Shown piece by piece: positions 23,190-38,100 of a stretch of DNA of 64,000 nt. The position numbers and the translations under genes were made by a program. The notes beneath the pieces are model-generated. The model was not told where the DNA came from, did not search any database, and saw nothing but the letters and a program-made list of their open reading frames with translations. This DNA comes from Lingula anatina (taxonomy: Eukaryota; Animalia; Brachiopoda): positions 45,142,401-45,206,400 of the forward strand of contig CM120641.1 in NCBI GenBank assembly GCA_051362555.1, in the 5' to 3' direction. The stretch's first letter is position 1; the number at the start of each line of letters is the position of its first letter.

Positions 23190-26100
23190 ATGGCTGCATC
23201 AGTGACAGAGTAAGTGTCGAATTAATTGCCATTATCTGAACTCAACTCAGAGTTCATCTCTTGCACTTGTAAATTGTACGGATATTTGGGTATCTTTTAA
23301 ACTAAGATGTTTACTTTTTTCATATGGGGGTTTTGCACCACATTCAATTTTTCTCGTGAAAAAAATCAATTTTCTTTTACTTGCAAAGCATTGCTCGATG
23401 CTTTCCTTTTCATGATTTGATGTTTTGCATTAAATACTTTGTCCAAACGCAGTGACCCCCCCCCCCCCCCCCCAAACATCAAGGCACCCTGACAATCACC
23501 AAAAGCACAATTGAATATCACCTGAAAACCATGCCACAACATGTAGATGAATCCCTGAAATATAATATTTAATAATCTGGCATGTGGTTCAAATCAGAAA
23601 AATTGGGCAGTGTGTCAAATATTAGAAATAATGAAAAACCTTGTTCCAAAGTTTTGTTTTGTCTTTTCTTTTAGGCTTTTTCACGCTATAACTTCCAAGT
23701 TTAACATCAAGCTTGGTAGGATTGACAATTCCAAAGGACTGGAATTTTTGCTACATAAAGCTGCAGGAGAGGGACACAAGAAGTTGCTCGTCAAAGTATT
23801 AGAGAAAGGTATATTATTTTCTTTCTAACAGGGAATAAATACTACTGTACATCATTAGGTGATAGTTTGAAATATAAGTTGCAATGTTCTTGTTGTAGTT
23901 TTTTAAAAAGGTTTAATCAGGAAATTGAATCTGATATTTAAACTTTGTTGATGTACAAAATATCTACCTCTATAGTTTATTTTTTTAGATATGATACTTG
24001 AATTTCATGAATATGTTATAGGAATATCGGTGGATTTCCAAAATGACAAAAACCAGACTCCATTGTTTTGTGCAGTCTTACAAGAAAGAAAAAATGTGAT
24101 TGATACATTACTGGAACATGGAGCAAACCCAAATGAGTAAGTATTTTTAAATATTTTTGTCAACAAAAATATGATATATTCTTAAGGAGAAATTTCATGT
24201 AATTTTTGTATCTGAAACAGTCATCATTTTAAGCAAAACTGACCTTTAAACCACCTCTGATAGATCTATATTCTGATAGATATATCTTGCTGATAGCTCT
24301 GTATTACAGTACACAGCTAATTAATTGCAAACTAATGTATCCCGTAATTGCTGGATCCTTTATATAGCTTCAAATAATAGGGCTAGACAAAAATAACTAA
24401 CTGAAAAATAACAGCCTTTTTTTCATGATATTTCGGAACCCTTTCATTCAGTCTTTATTTTCTCAACAAATTTGTGTCGGGAATGACTTGACATTATTTG
24501 GCAAAATTTCAATTAAATTATTTACTTAGCTATATGTATATCTTGCCAAGTACCCCTGTAAGACAGCTGATTGTTAATAGGATTTAAATCTTTTAAGTGC
24601 AATAAAGGTATGGGGTATAGACATTTTTGGATGTTTATTAATCATATCTTAGATGACTCCATTGATATAATTCAAATTACATCACACAGTCTAATGATTA
24701 TTAATAACACATTTAAAGTAACAATATTTATCAACAACAACCCAGTCAAATTCACAATTCTATGTATCCTGAAGATGAATCTTAATATAAAACAAAAATT
24801 GATAATTAAATAATGATATCATCTAACAGCACTTTAGGGTTTTTAAGGTGCTGGTTTGTGACTAATAAAGTTGTTGAAGATCAAAAGGGGAGGGGTAGTG
24901 TTAATACTTCATTTTTATTGGTTGTTATGTTCTGTAATTTATTACATAACTGAAAGAATGCAAGTCTTAAAATTATTTTGTTATTATTATCTCTTTTCAG
25001 GCGTTGTGACAATTTTTGCTGCACCCCAGTTCACCTCGCTTGTAGAATTGGTTGTGTTGAAATATTGGAGAAGTTGTTAAGTGCAGGGGGTGACTTGCGT
25101 CTTCATGACATTGATGGAGAAACACCACAGGATTGGGCAATGAACATAGATGATCCTAAAAGACGAAAGAAAATGCTCGATTTTATAGAGAAAACGCGAC
25201 TGTTTGCGATGACCCACTCTGGAAGGGATATATTATTAGAAAATCAGTCAAGTCATTACATGAACAGGTATGACAGTGCAAGTAGAAATTTGCATTTAAT
25301 AATTTCTTTATTTCTAAAATGAAAAGCTGGTGAATTATGATTTGGCAAGCCTCCTTTGAAAAAATACAGATTTTTCCTTTTAAAACTTTATATTTAAACA
25401 GTGGAAATATTTAAATATCTGTATTTCATTTTTTTCCTTCCAATAATTTGTTCCTCATTACATGTATTTTGATATTTTATGACTTTTGTTGCAATGTTTT
25501 CTTGATTTATTTTATTCTTGTTTATCTTATTTTTATGTTTTAACATTGTTAAAACAATTTGTTGTGGTAGTTACTTTGTTTATCAAGCCTTAATATTTAA
25601 ACAGAACGATTCTTTTTGTCCTCTTCTTTACTTTCAATGTTACTTACATGATTTGTTTTTATTTATCTGTTAGACTGGTTCCATTTTATTTCAAGATCAT
25701 AATGAATTTTCTGTTGTTTATGGTAAGTATAAAATCTTCCTGAGTACATGCACTGTAGTTGCCAAAAATAATATTCAGTCAAGCAGTTGAATGCTTGATG
25801 TGGTCCTTATTTTCTGATTGCTACCCTTATGCACTTCCCAATGAAAGTAGTTTATGTATCAGAACCAATACAAAATTGGTCACCCATAATCAAGTTCCAA
25901 TTTGTTTCCTCTTTCCCCTTTTTTCCATAGAAACTTAGCATTAAGAATATGACATAACAGTTGTAGGGCAGACATTTTCTTTATTATGATGAAATAATCC
26001 CAGCTGGATATGGGGTCTTAACTGTCATTTACTGGACTTAAATAGTTTCAATTTGGAGTGTTGACAGCCCTTATAGAGTGGCACTTGCACAGGAAAGAAA

Positions 26101-29100
26101 TGTATTAGTCCTGTTGTGATCCAGTCTACTTGTAAATCCTTTTCAAATATTGTCATTTGAATGGAGAGGCATTTCAGTCTCTTAGACTTTTACCATGTCA
26201 GTGAACCTTTCAGGCCTTCAAAGCAAGGGTCTTTTGCACACTTGTTCCGTAAAGTTAGCAGTCATGGAAGTGTAAGTTCCAGCTCAGACCTGAGTAGAAG
26301 TGTCCAGAGTCTTGGATTTGGAAAGGTAAGTTAGTACAGGATATTACTGGTCAGAGGTCATCTCTCGTAACTTGTGTTTGTTCACCTTGCCATATCTATG
26401 GCTAAGGTTAGAAAGGCATTAGGTTGAATATTGGAATTCCATTTCAAACAATTTAATGCATAATTCACTCAAATTCATCACAATGTCATGCCCTTAATTT
26501 ATGATTTTTTATTATCTTTAATTATTTTTTGATCATCTCTGTGCATTCCCTTCAGGGACAGTAAGCATCAATGTATGCAAAAACATTTGCATTGTATATT
26601 GATTTACATAATATTGGAGGCTCCATAAGGAAAGTGTGTGGATTTGTTTTGACAGTTCACGCATGACTCGGCGCAGCAACAATGAAAACCAAATAGAAAA
26701 ATATTGCACTGAAAGTGACAATATCTATGTTTTGATTCAGTGCACCTCTGGAAAGTATACACTGTGTGCGCAAGCCCGAAGTGATTGCCTTTTGAGAAGT
26801 GTGAATATCAAATGCCGAAACATACATAAGCTAATGATATGGAAATCAAACAGTAGGCTGACTGTAGTGTCGGGAGGCAGTGACTAGACCTTGTGGAGTA
26901 TCTTGTGCTATTTCAGATATACTTTGGTAGTAGTGGGCGACAGGCGGGCACGATGACCACCATACCCTTGGTGACAGAAAATTCCTTGCATCATGATGAT
27001 CATGGATTAACATATGACAATGGGGCTTTCATGGTGATGGAAAGGTATGGGCAATTTGTGTTTGTTAAGGCTCTTGATAACTTACCTTTTTAAGCTGGTT
27101 GATTAACCAAATTCATACACTGTGCTTAAAAGATTTAATGCTTGATTTTGAAAAAAAAAAAGCGCATTTATTATGCATGATCCTACAGTATGTAATGGCA
27201 GTAAAATTGCTATTGATTAGGTAACCAATACTATTAATTATATTCAAAGAAGAAAAACTATTGAATGAATAATGACCATTATTGTAAGGAAGAAAGAACA
27301 TTTTTAGGCTTTGTATATTAGTAAAACTTTGATTATGATTATTAAAATTAATGTAAGATAGAATAAAATTCATATTAGCACAGTTATTGCAATATGGCCA
27401 AGGTGTACTTTTTGTTGTGTCCAAACCTTGTTATTAGCACTTTTCCATTTGAATTTAAAGATAACAGCTGGTTTGCACTGCTATGGTTAGGATGGTGAGT
27501 GTGAGAAAAGTAATTGACAGTGATGCACATTTTCCAAAGCGTTTTATTGATACCAAAGTGTGACAAAGGTTTCAGATAGGTGCCGACAAGAAAAAAAAGG
27601 GGGGAAGTACATGATGCTCTAAATACAGAGGATGTGGTGTCTGCTGAGCATTGATGTCTTCTCTAGCAGAAAATGCCGTGCCCAAAACATGTCATAATTC
27701 ATTACTGATCAAAGGGGTTTACAGGTAGCATGGGCTGCGGCTGTCACTATCTGAATGTGTGCAATCAGACATCTGCTTGGAAAGTATCGCATTTCACTCC
27801 TCATGCACTGCACTTGGGGACTTTGATTTCTTTAACCAAAGTTTTACTCGTCTGTTTAGGTCATGATCATAAGGAAATTTTGAATTAAAGGTCTGTCTGT
27901 GGTTTTATATATTTTAAGTCAGAAAGAGCATATATGTTTTTGTCTGATCTGTATAATTATGTTTCTTATCCATCTTTGCTTCCAGCATGCTATGGAATAA
28001 AGTTACTAAAGTCACAGTGAAACGTCTTCATAAAGATCCACCTAAAGGAGGAGAAGTTGATCTCCTAATCAATGAAAATGAATGTATAGGGTAAGGAAAG
28101 TGTGAAGTAGACATCTTTCTTCATTTTGCTCTCTGGTGAAATATATTGACCATATTTGCTGTTATGTTACTCCACAAATTACTTTCTCTGTCCTGTAGAG
28201 TGGCTAACAATGGGCCCCATTATTAGGAAAGTACAACATTGTTTATTTAATTGAACAGCACGCACAGTGGTGGAAGCATGTATTGAGTATTTTGAATAGT
28301 ATATGTCGCATTAACACCACTACCCATAGCACTCCCCACAACTTGGGGCACATGCAGTTGGCAAGCTTAGAGTGCATCACAGATTTTTGTCATTAGAGAT
28401 CTATAATAATATGGACCCAAGATTGCTGATAGAAAATTCTATTTTTGCAGTGTGATAGAGGGATATAACTGTAGAAATTTTAATTGGAAGGCTCTCATTA
28501 AAGAAATGTACAAATAGAACATTTTATTTTTAGATTCACCTTTACAACTTAAGCCATCATGAACAGGATTTTTAGCATGAAATAATTTAGCATGATCATC
28601 AATTTTTGATGGGATTCTGAGCAATATTCTAGTATTATACCAATCAGGCCCTTAGGCAGTGGAGATAAGAAAGAACCACCCTTTTGTTCAGAAAAGTTAT
28701 CTCTGAATCAATATATAATGTAGGTTCTAAGTATAATTTCTCAAGTTGGGGCAACTAAGGATATAAAGTCCATTTTCTTTCAGAGAGAGAGACCCCCCCC
28801 CTTTGAAATTGCAGATTTAGGCCTGCTAATTAACTAAAAGTATCCAATATGCAATTCAAGGCCATATTTTTCTTCATAAGTTTACATCCATTTCTTGCAT
28901 TTTCACATGACACTTTCTTGCTATTTTTAGGCATGGGCTAGGTCATAATTAAAGCAAAGTTCCCAATTCACTGAACCGTCAAATGTAGCCTCTCCAGAAT
29001 GCACCCTTCCAGTCTCTGCAGTGGTTATGTGTAAATGCTTTAGAGTCCTTTATTTGCATTTGAGGCAAACCCATTTAAAAGAAGGGATCTCATTACCCAA

Positions 29101-32100
29101 CTTTTGTCAATATTTGAAACCTTGGGCTAAGTTTTGAAGAAGAAACTACGTAAGCAGTATGAAAAGCCTAGATCTGTTTTTAATAGCACAAGGGACCTAT
29201 TTATCAAAGAATTGATAGCCATAATATGTAATAATAAAGTGATAGCTGTTATATGATGCTACATACTTACTTCTATTCACATGCACTGTGACTGTTTATA
29301 AATAGAGAATGTGATTCCTATATAATACCTGATGCAAATCCTTTTTTACCAACAATTATCTTTCCACTTACTGATCGGCATATTTAAATGTTTTAACTTC
29401 CAGTCAATATTTGCTGTAATTTATCTTTATTGTAGTCGTTCACCAACTAAAGTAAGCCATCGCAGTTATCTTAGAAAACCTATGTTGCCTGTTTTATATA
29501 AAATTGTACATTGTTTGAACCATTCTCTTAGTCCAGTAATCAAGACGTCTTCAATAAAGAGAGTAGTAACCATAAATTAATGCTGTGAGATGAACATATA
29601 CGTGTAATAGTTGGATATTCTTTGATATGTGACAGGTGAAGGGAATGTACACAATTGCTACTTTATGTGGGTATTTCTAATTGCAGAAATTACCTTACAT
29701 TTATTTCAGGCAGCTAAGACACCCAAATATACTTCTTCTGATGGGGATTTGCCAGACAGAAAATTTGAATGGAATAGTTTTACTCTACGAAAGAATCAAC
29801 TTTGGATCCCTTTATCATTATATGCATGAACGAGTAAGTACTGAATAGTGATGACATTTGATACCTCTTAATTATCTTTGTTGAGGATTGTTTATGGAGC
29901 CCATCATTTTCTTGCATCATTTTTTGAAGTTCAGAATAGAAATGGCTCAGAATGCAATCATAATATATCATAAATGGAACTCTGTGGGAACAAATGATAT
30001 ATAGTAGTTATACAAAATTAGTTGATGCCATGGAACAGCTAGTTTAAAGCATGCCCCACTAATGAACATGTGCTACTGTGTTTGCCAAAACCAGTATTTA
30101 AAAAAGAATCTCATTTCATGGATTTAGAGCATGACTATACAGATTATCATGTTTGCCTTAATGAAGTATCCTACATGTAAATACTCGTCAATGCTCTACC
30201 CTTGACAGTGGAAATTCTCCATTTTGTTAATCTGTGAAGTTACTTGAGGACCGAAATTATTGTGCAATTTTTTGCCTTTTACATACACATCAGATTAATG
30301 GTATCTTTGATGAACATTATTTTGCAGACCTACAGTTTTCTATGCCAGTTCCTTTATCTGGTTTAGTAAAAATTACACATACAGTGTGTCCTGGTTGAGC
30401 ATTTCTGGGTTATGCAAAAGTAAAAGGGCAGTGTGTTTGATTTTGTAAAGAGACATGAACCCAAATGATCATATAAGGACAATTTCTTTTTTTTGAAAGG
30501 TGAAAAGAGAATAAAATGTTGATATTTTTTAGAATTAACTGAATTGCTACAAATAGTTCTTTTCATTCTTTTTTCTCCTTACAACATTTATTTTCTAAAC
30601 AGAGAGCTTATGTATATTGCTTTTTTTCAAGTCAAAGGTAGAATTAAAGTTTTCAAAACCATTTTAATGTTTTATGATTGACAACTGTCCAACCAATTCT
30701 TTCTTAGTCTTTCCAAGAACAAAATTTCAAAATAATATAGGCTGAACTGAAGGTCTTTATTTAGGACGTTTTACATTTTGACATGTTGACCCCACAGAAG
30801 ATTTAGATTATACTGGTTTAATTTCAAAAGAAGGTTTATACAATGGTTGAGGCCATATGTGGATCTCATTTTATGCATTGACTAATGCCAATGAAACCAA
30901 TAAATGTAATTGGTCTTTGTGACGGCATTTAATTTTAAAATCCCATCTTCTGGCTCTCTGTCATAGAAATTTTGCCTTTTAGCTGCTCACAGAGGTATAG
31001 AAAAGAAGGGCTTTTTATTTGATATATGATACCCACCTATTAGATTTCTTGTGGTATAATGTACACATTTAGTTGACTTAGTTGATGAAGGGGGTTGGCT
31101 TGTTGATTTTGATCACCTTTAGTGGTCAGGTTAAGCAGCAAATGTTTTCTTAAGTTATTTATACTTATATATTGCACGCCAGCATTTCCTGTGCCATGTG
31201 ATATTTAACTTTGGGGCACCCTTATGTTATGTTTTTCATTTATTTGTTACAAATTTGAGGCGATTCTTCATTCCCAATTCTTTTGAATTTTTAAAATGCT
31301 GTTGAGACTCAATCTGTAAAATGTGCTTGCAGACATGCCACTTGTAAGTTCTAACAATTATAAGCAAATATTGAGTCTAATATTAAAGCTTTGAAGTCTT
31401 TTTCCCTATGATGATGTAAAATTTACAACATCGTTGTTTATTGAAATTGTTGAATATAAAATTCATTAGCAAGTTAAGTGATGCACATTGTTACATATTT
31501 CCAGACCGAACATCTTTCTCATCACGGAGCTTTGGAAATTCTGACCCAGATTTGTGATGCCATAATGTACATCCACCAGCAAAATTTCTTACACTGCTCT
31601 CTGACATCACATGCTATACAGCTGGTTAGCTCTCATCTTGCCAAACTTGGAAATTTCGATTACATGGTTGAACAGTAAGTAAATATGTGCTGTAAAAAAT
31701 TGAAGCGGTATGGTAAAATTTTGTTTATATAATTGGTATGTATGGCAATATGTTTTTTATTATTATAATATTTTTGTTATATGGGAATCTGGAAGGTGGG
31801 ATAAAAATTATTGAGCCATTACAAGATAAATAGTCTAGGTAAACATATCTCCTTTGTGAAAAAGAGTGAATGTTTGTATAGATACATTGTGTAGTACTAG
31901 ATCTTCAATTATTAGATTTACAGGGTGAATGCATACCATACCAGGTCAAGTACCCTTGAATTATACTACCAAAAATGTGACCAATTTGATTCTTCAGGTG
32001 TGATGAACCATATTACCAGAAGAAAAGCCATGTTGTTGAGAACATCTATCCCAATGCAGTTTACAATTGGATGGCTCCAGAGTTGATGAAAGGGGAGCCT

Positions 32101-35100
32101 CCCAGTGAACAGTCGGATATGTACAGCTTTTGTGCGGTCATGTGGGAAGTGTTTATGGGTAGGGTATTTTGCTGGAGCAAGCTTGTTAAATCAGTCATGA
32201 GGTCTGTTTCACGCAACTTCTATAAAGGTCGTTAATGGTCAGTGGGTGATGAAATGAAATGACCCTTTTTGAATGAGAAAGGATCGATTCTGCACGCTTT
32301 TCCAAGTTTGAGGATGTCTTCATCTATTTTATATCAACGTATAGAGCAATCAATGTACAAAAAGGGACAAATTACTGAACATCCTACAAATTGAATTATT
32401 TGTAGAATGCAGAAAATTTTCTATGCAAGATAGTTTGCAAATTTTTTTTTCTGTTTTCCTCTGTACTAAGAGAACAGACATTTTTGTGGACAAGTTATTA
32501 CTGAAAAATTTATTTACATAATACTGCTTAGTTGTTTTTAACAGACCTTTTGCCCAAGGAAGTGGCAAAAGTAAACACCACACTCCTTAACCTTTACATT
32601 AAACTACTGGCATTATAGGTTTATTGACAAATCATTTCACCTTGTTATTATTGTCACCCCCCAGTCTTTCATGGATCTCTGAAGGTAACCTGTAGATACT
32701 TCCAGTCACACACCCAAAGACTTGTATTGATTTTAGATTTTACATAATGAATGATACAATTACGACTGTGACCAGAGCATTGTGACTTAATTCAATGAGC
32801 CCTGCCTTCAATAACCTGTGTCTAGGGCTCTCCATTTTTCTGCCTCATGTAGCCTGCATATTCGGTTAGTTTCAAGGTGAGCAGGGTTGCCCATGTTACA
32901 GTACTCAGAATGTGTAGATCTACTGTTAAACATGCTATTATCAGTACAATTACACCTGAAAATTGAGAATTGATTCTGGAAAATCTGTATAATGCATATA
33001 TATATCTCAGAAATAGAAAGTATTGGAATATCCATCTTCATGTTATTCATTGATTGTGATTTCTTTTCATTTGCAGGGATACTTCCATGGGGATCGTCTG
33101 ATGCAGAACACATAAAAAGAGAAGTCCTTGAAAATAGAAATAGCTTGCCTCTGTATGTTGACAAACTCTCACAGCCCTTTGACTCAATCTTAGAAGGGGG
33201 CTTGCAGTTAGAGCCCAGTGACAGAAGACTTGCATTTGAAGGCAATGAAAGAAGACTTACCTTTGAAGTTATGAGGGATTTACTTTCCACAGTTCCACAG
33301 GTACATCTGTGCATTGTAGGAGCAAATATAATGGGCTGTCAGATTTAATTTTACACCTGTGGTTGCTTTCACAATAGAATTAAAGATCAAAAGTTGGTCT
33401 TTCATGTACTGTAGCTGAGAAATTCTGCTCTAATTTCAGGGTATATTCATGGTAGTTCCATTGGATAAATAAAATATCCATTTCTTTTTTATGAAGCAGA
33501 GGCAATTTTCCATTTAATAAGTGGATTAAAACTCATTTGTCTTTGGTCAAAATAAACAAAATATTTTATTTTTAAGTTAAGACTAACTTTTGTGAGAAGC
33601 TTTATTATGAAACTGACCTCAGTAAATGTAACACTTCCAATATAGTGTGAATCTTATAATGCTTTTTGAATTGCCATTTCACTAAATCTCTATAAATCAA
33701 TCAATATGATGTTGAAACTTTTCATAATTTATTTTCTTTTTGTCTCAGATGAGGAGGGCAAATGTTCCAAATATTCCAAACAAAGTAGTTCCCCAAAGGA
33801 TAAAGACTAAAAACCAACATATGGATGTCAGTACAAGTGAAGATGATGCTCCTGCTGCTCGTCATCAACAAAGGATGCGAAAAACTCCATCTCCACCAAG
33901 ACACAGGTATGTGTTTGCTATAGTGTGTGTACACATGTATATGAACCCCTCAACACATCTATTCAGTTAACATCTATTTAGTTATCTATTCAGTGAAGAT
34001 AGGTTTTAATGAAATGTGTTCATAGTTTCCAATAGTTTATTTCTTTTAAAAGTTTTTCTGATTTGGAAAAAATTCTTCTCTCTTTCAAAACTGAAAAAAC
34101 AGTATAGAGATTGAAATTGTAAAGCAGCATGTAGGAACACTGGTGGGTGGAATGTTAAAAGCTTGATTGTGACCTGTTGCAGGGGAAAATGTGTTAGTTG
34201 TGCAAATACAGCAAGGGTCTAGATAGCTGGTCACTATATATATGGAGCTTTTATTGCTTTCATTTTACAGGAGGGGTGCACCAAAAGTAGAAGCAGTGAA
34301 TGCCCGCCTTATAAATGAAGATGAAAGGTAAATGACAGTTGTGTATTTGTTTAATACTCATTGGAATAGCATGAGTATAATCAGGCCAAGTTACAATTAA
34401 CCAAATGTTGTGAGCAGTTATAGTACAGTTGTTTTATCCAAGTAAATATATTTATTAGAGAATTGGGTGAAGTTGGTTTAGTATAATTGCAGAGAGATCC
34501 TAAATGGAATAAAAATGCTTATTCAGAGGCATAGCCATTGGCTTATTTTATCAAATTTAAACATGGATTTGTATGCAATACTTAATTATCTAGCATAGGT
34601 TTTAAGTAAACATTTTAAGTCAAGTTATAAGTCTATCACAAATTGAAGTATTTTATTATTGAAAATTTGAATTTTTTCAAGTCAGTTTTTCCATATGTGG
34701 AGGTAGGAACAGGAACTCTCCAGTTTCAATCATTGTGTTACAGTGTGTTTGAAGAAAATGGCAATAAGCTGGAAACCCGCCAGACCAGAGAAGAATATGA
34801 ATTTATCCAAAATGAAAAGAAAAGGGCATTTTTTGAAGGAAGACAACAGCAACAGTCCACAAGTGTGAGGTCAAAAAGTGAGCCAGATGAAGGAACAAGG
34901 TACAGATTGATACAAAACCACCAGCCAAGGGAAAGGACACAGTCACAAAAGCCTCCATCCCCAACTGCTGTAACTTCACCAAGGTCTGTATAATTGTCAG
35001 AAGTCACAGTTGGCTTTTATTGACATTGAGTATAATTATATTATTGTGAATGGATTCTTAAAAATTCCAGTATAATTTGTATTACATAATTTCATAACTT

Positions 35101-38100
35101 AAGTTGGATGCGGCAGTTTTCTCTTTCAATCTTCTTAGATTCATTTCACAAAAATGGAAAAATAAGTGATAAAAATTACATGCACTACACCTTTAGTAGC
35201 AGCAGAAGGCAAACATGTATGAATAACAAATCTTTATCCTATTAGTGTCCTTTTCATTGCCTATAAATTTTAACTTTGCCTTTCAAATGCCTTTTCAGGG
35301 ACAACAAGGCTGAGAAAAGATTAACAAAAGATGTATACACAGATCTATCAGCTGTTCCTACCAGACCTAGCAGAATCAGGGATAACCCTTTCACTAAACC
35401 TCCTCCTGCCCCACGCAATACCAATGGAAACAATTCTGTTTCTAACAGGTATACATCTAGTTCTATTGAAATCAATCATACAATGCAGTTAGAAATTTAA
35501 AATAAAGTAATTTAAACCAGGAAAGTACAACAAGAAAAATGTACAATTTTTTCTTGTAAAATTTTGGTTATTTAAAAGAAGAAGAGAATTCCACTGTAAA
35601 TGTAACCACATTTCATATTATAAATCATTCTGTTAAAGACAGTTATTAATATATGAATTTATCCAAAATCTGTGATTTCTTGATTTTATATTTCCAAATT
35701 CATGTTTAAATTTCACAACACAGCACATGAAATAATGTGTTATGTAAGACAGTCAACCCAGTTATTCAAGTTTTTTTGATTTATATTATTGTTTGCTCAT
35801 CACTTTTTCTAGTGATCAGACCTACAGAGCCAGGCCATATTCCAGGAGCATCAGTGCTGACACCTCTGCAAAAGTTAACGGTAAAACTAGTCCAGTGGAA
35901 GATCATCCTTTGAACACGTCATTGCAGTCTACAAAATCTTTTACAAGTCAGACATCTCGGTGAGCTTAATTATTTTGCAAACTGTTCTTGTCTTTCCAGT
36001 CACTTCATAATTTTAGATTTCATCACGAATTATATCAAAAACTCATTATAATGCCATTTTTGATACATCTGTGGCAATAATTACCCGAAGCAAATTATCA
36101 GGCCTGGTGCAAATTTGCTGTAAACTGCAATTCCTTCTTGCAAATTAGCAGCAATAAAATTTTTCTTGCAAACTTGTTGCTACAAACTATTAATTTGCAG
36201 CAATATTGCTGCAAGCTTTTCATTTTGTTTAGGGTTCGCCAATTTTATTTAAATTCCAGTCCTTGTTACCTTACTGATTTTAGAATTATTACCCCTACAT
36301 CACCTTACGGTAGAATAAACAAATGTTCTAAAGAAATAATAATTCTGTCTATTTATCTGAATTTTCATCAGAGGTACAAATATCAAAAGCATCACATTTC
36401 TTATCCATCTAGTCCTGAAGACTAAGGCTTAATCTGAATGATATTGATATTTTTTTCAGAAAATCTGGTGCCATGTCTCCACGCTCTAATAAAAGCTGGT
36501 TGAATAATTCACATAATGAGTCCCTGTCATTCAAGCCTGCCAATCATAGGATTTCGTATGCACCAGAACAAGAGCCTGGTATGTAATATAAGGGACCATT
36601 CCCAGACCCTACCATACTAACTGGATTGATCTCCAAGGGGAATCTCACTAAATTGCAATCAACTTAAGCTGCTCAGATGTCTGTCACGCCTACTGAAGCT
36701 GCTAGGGGGTAATTTATTATTGTTTAGCAGCTTCAGTAGGCATGCCAGACATCTAAGCCGCTTATGCTGAAAGCAATTTAGTGAGAAATCCCTAGGAGAT
36801 TGATCGATCCTGTTAGATCGATCTAGGTATGGGAACCCAGTCTTACACTAAATACTTGACACACTATTCTTAATTTTTGGAAGTGCCTAGTGTGTGTTGT
36901 ATTTTATGTACTGTATATCATTGAATGACTTAAACAAGATGACAGCATGATGATAACCTAACATTACCAGCATTGAGTAATTCAGTGGTCAATGCTTGCC
37001 ACATGTACTAAGAAACTGATGTGCAAATTTGGTGCTGGACAAGTTTTGAAAAATTGGGAGGGGGGTGGTTAAGATTTTTTGTCCAAACATAATGGTTGAA
37101 ATTAGATTAATTATCTGTATCTGTAGATTTCATATTTGGATATCTAAATGTTCATTTGAACTAGTTTATGAGATTTAGATTAATTGAGTTACCAGAAGTG
37201 ACATCTACCTTCCATTTGTCATGCCTGTAGGGACCAGTACCAGTAAAGGAGACATTGGAAGATACATGGGTAGCAATTCAGATATTGTCAATAACAGACC
37301 ATCTCTGAACAGAAGTTCAAGTGTCGACTCTCAAATGGGTGGAATTAAACGATTCAGGTATATGTCAAAATACAGGTCTTTAATATGGATGGCATTTGAT
37401 TTATAGTCATTTCCTGGGTAATTTTATTTTAATAAAAATGCTGAATGGAATCAGGATCAACTTGGCAATGTATCATACTTCATTACACCGTTGCTTTAAT
37501 TATAAAATGTTAAACCTTGAATAAAATTTACTGGTTTGGAGTGAGGCCAAAAAAAAAAATTTGCATATAGGTTACAGAAAAAGAGTATAGCAAGATGCTG
37601 CTTGAAGTACTAAAATAATTACTCCTTTTTATAATTTTTTTCTTTACAGAACGATGGCCATATATAGAATCATCAGCATATTCTTTATAGAAATATTTTT
37701 TCCCATGTTTATGTACCTGTATTTTCTAAATTGTTACATTTACAGATCAGAAACCTTTTTGAATCTGTGTGGTGCTAGTTACAACGACAGAAGGCCTAAA
37801 ACAGTCACCAGCAATTACAAATCTACAGAGAACCTACCCGCCAGCAGTTCGTCATCAGTAAGCAGTGTGCGCCAAATGCATGACAACAACCCAGTGGTGA
37901 CCAGTCCTTACAGTAGGAGAACTAGAAATCAGTGGTTCGCTGGCAAAGGAAGCATAAAAGGACTCATAAGTACCTTTGAGGAACATGAGGACGAGCAAGG
38001 CCATGATAAACAACCAGACGCCCAAAACAGACGTGCATTTGAAAGACAGACATCACTTCCAGAAAAGGTAAAATGTGTGCTTCACTGTGACATGCTTAGG

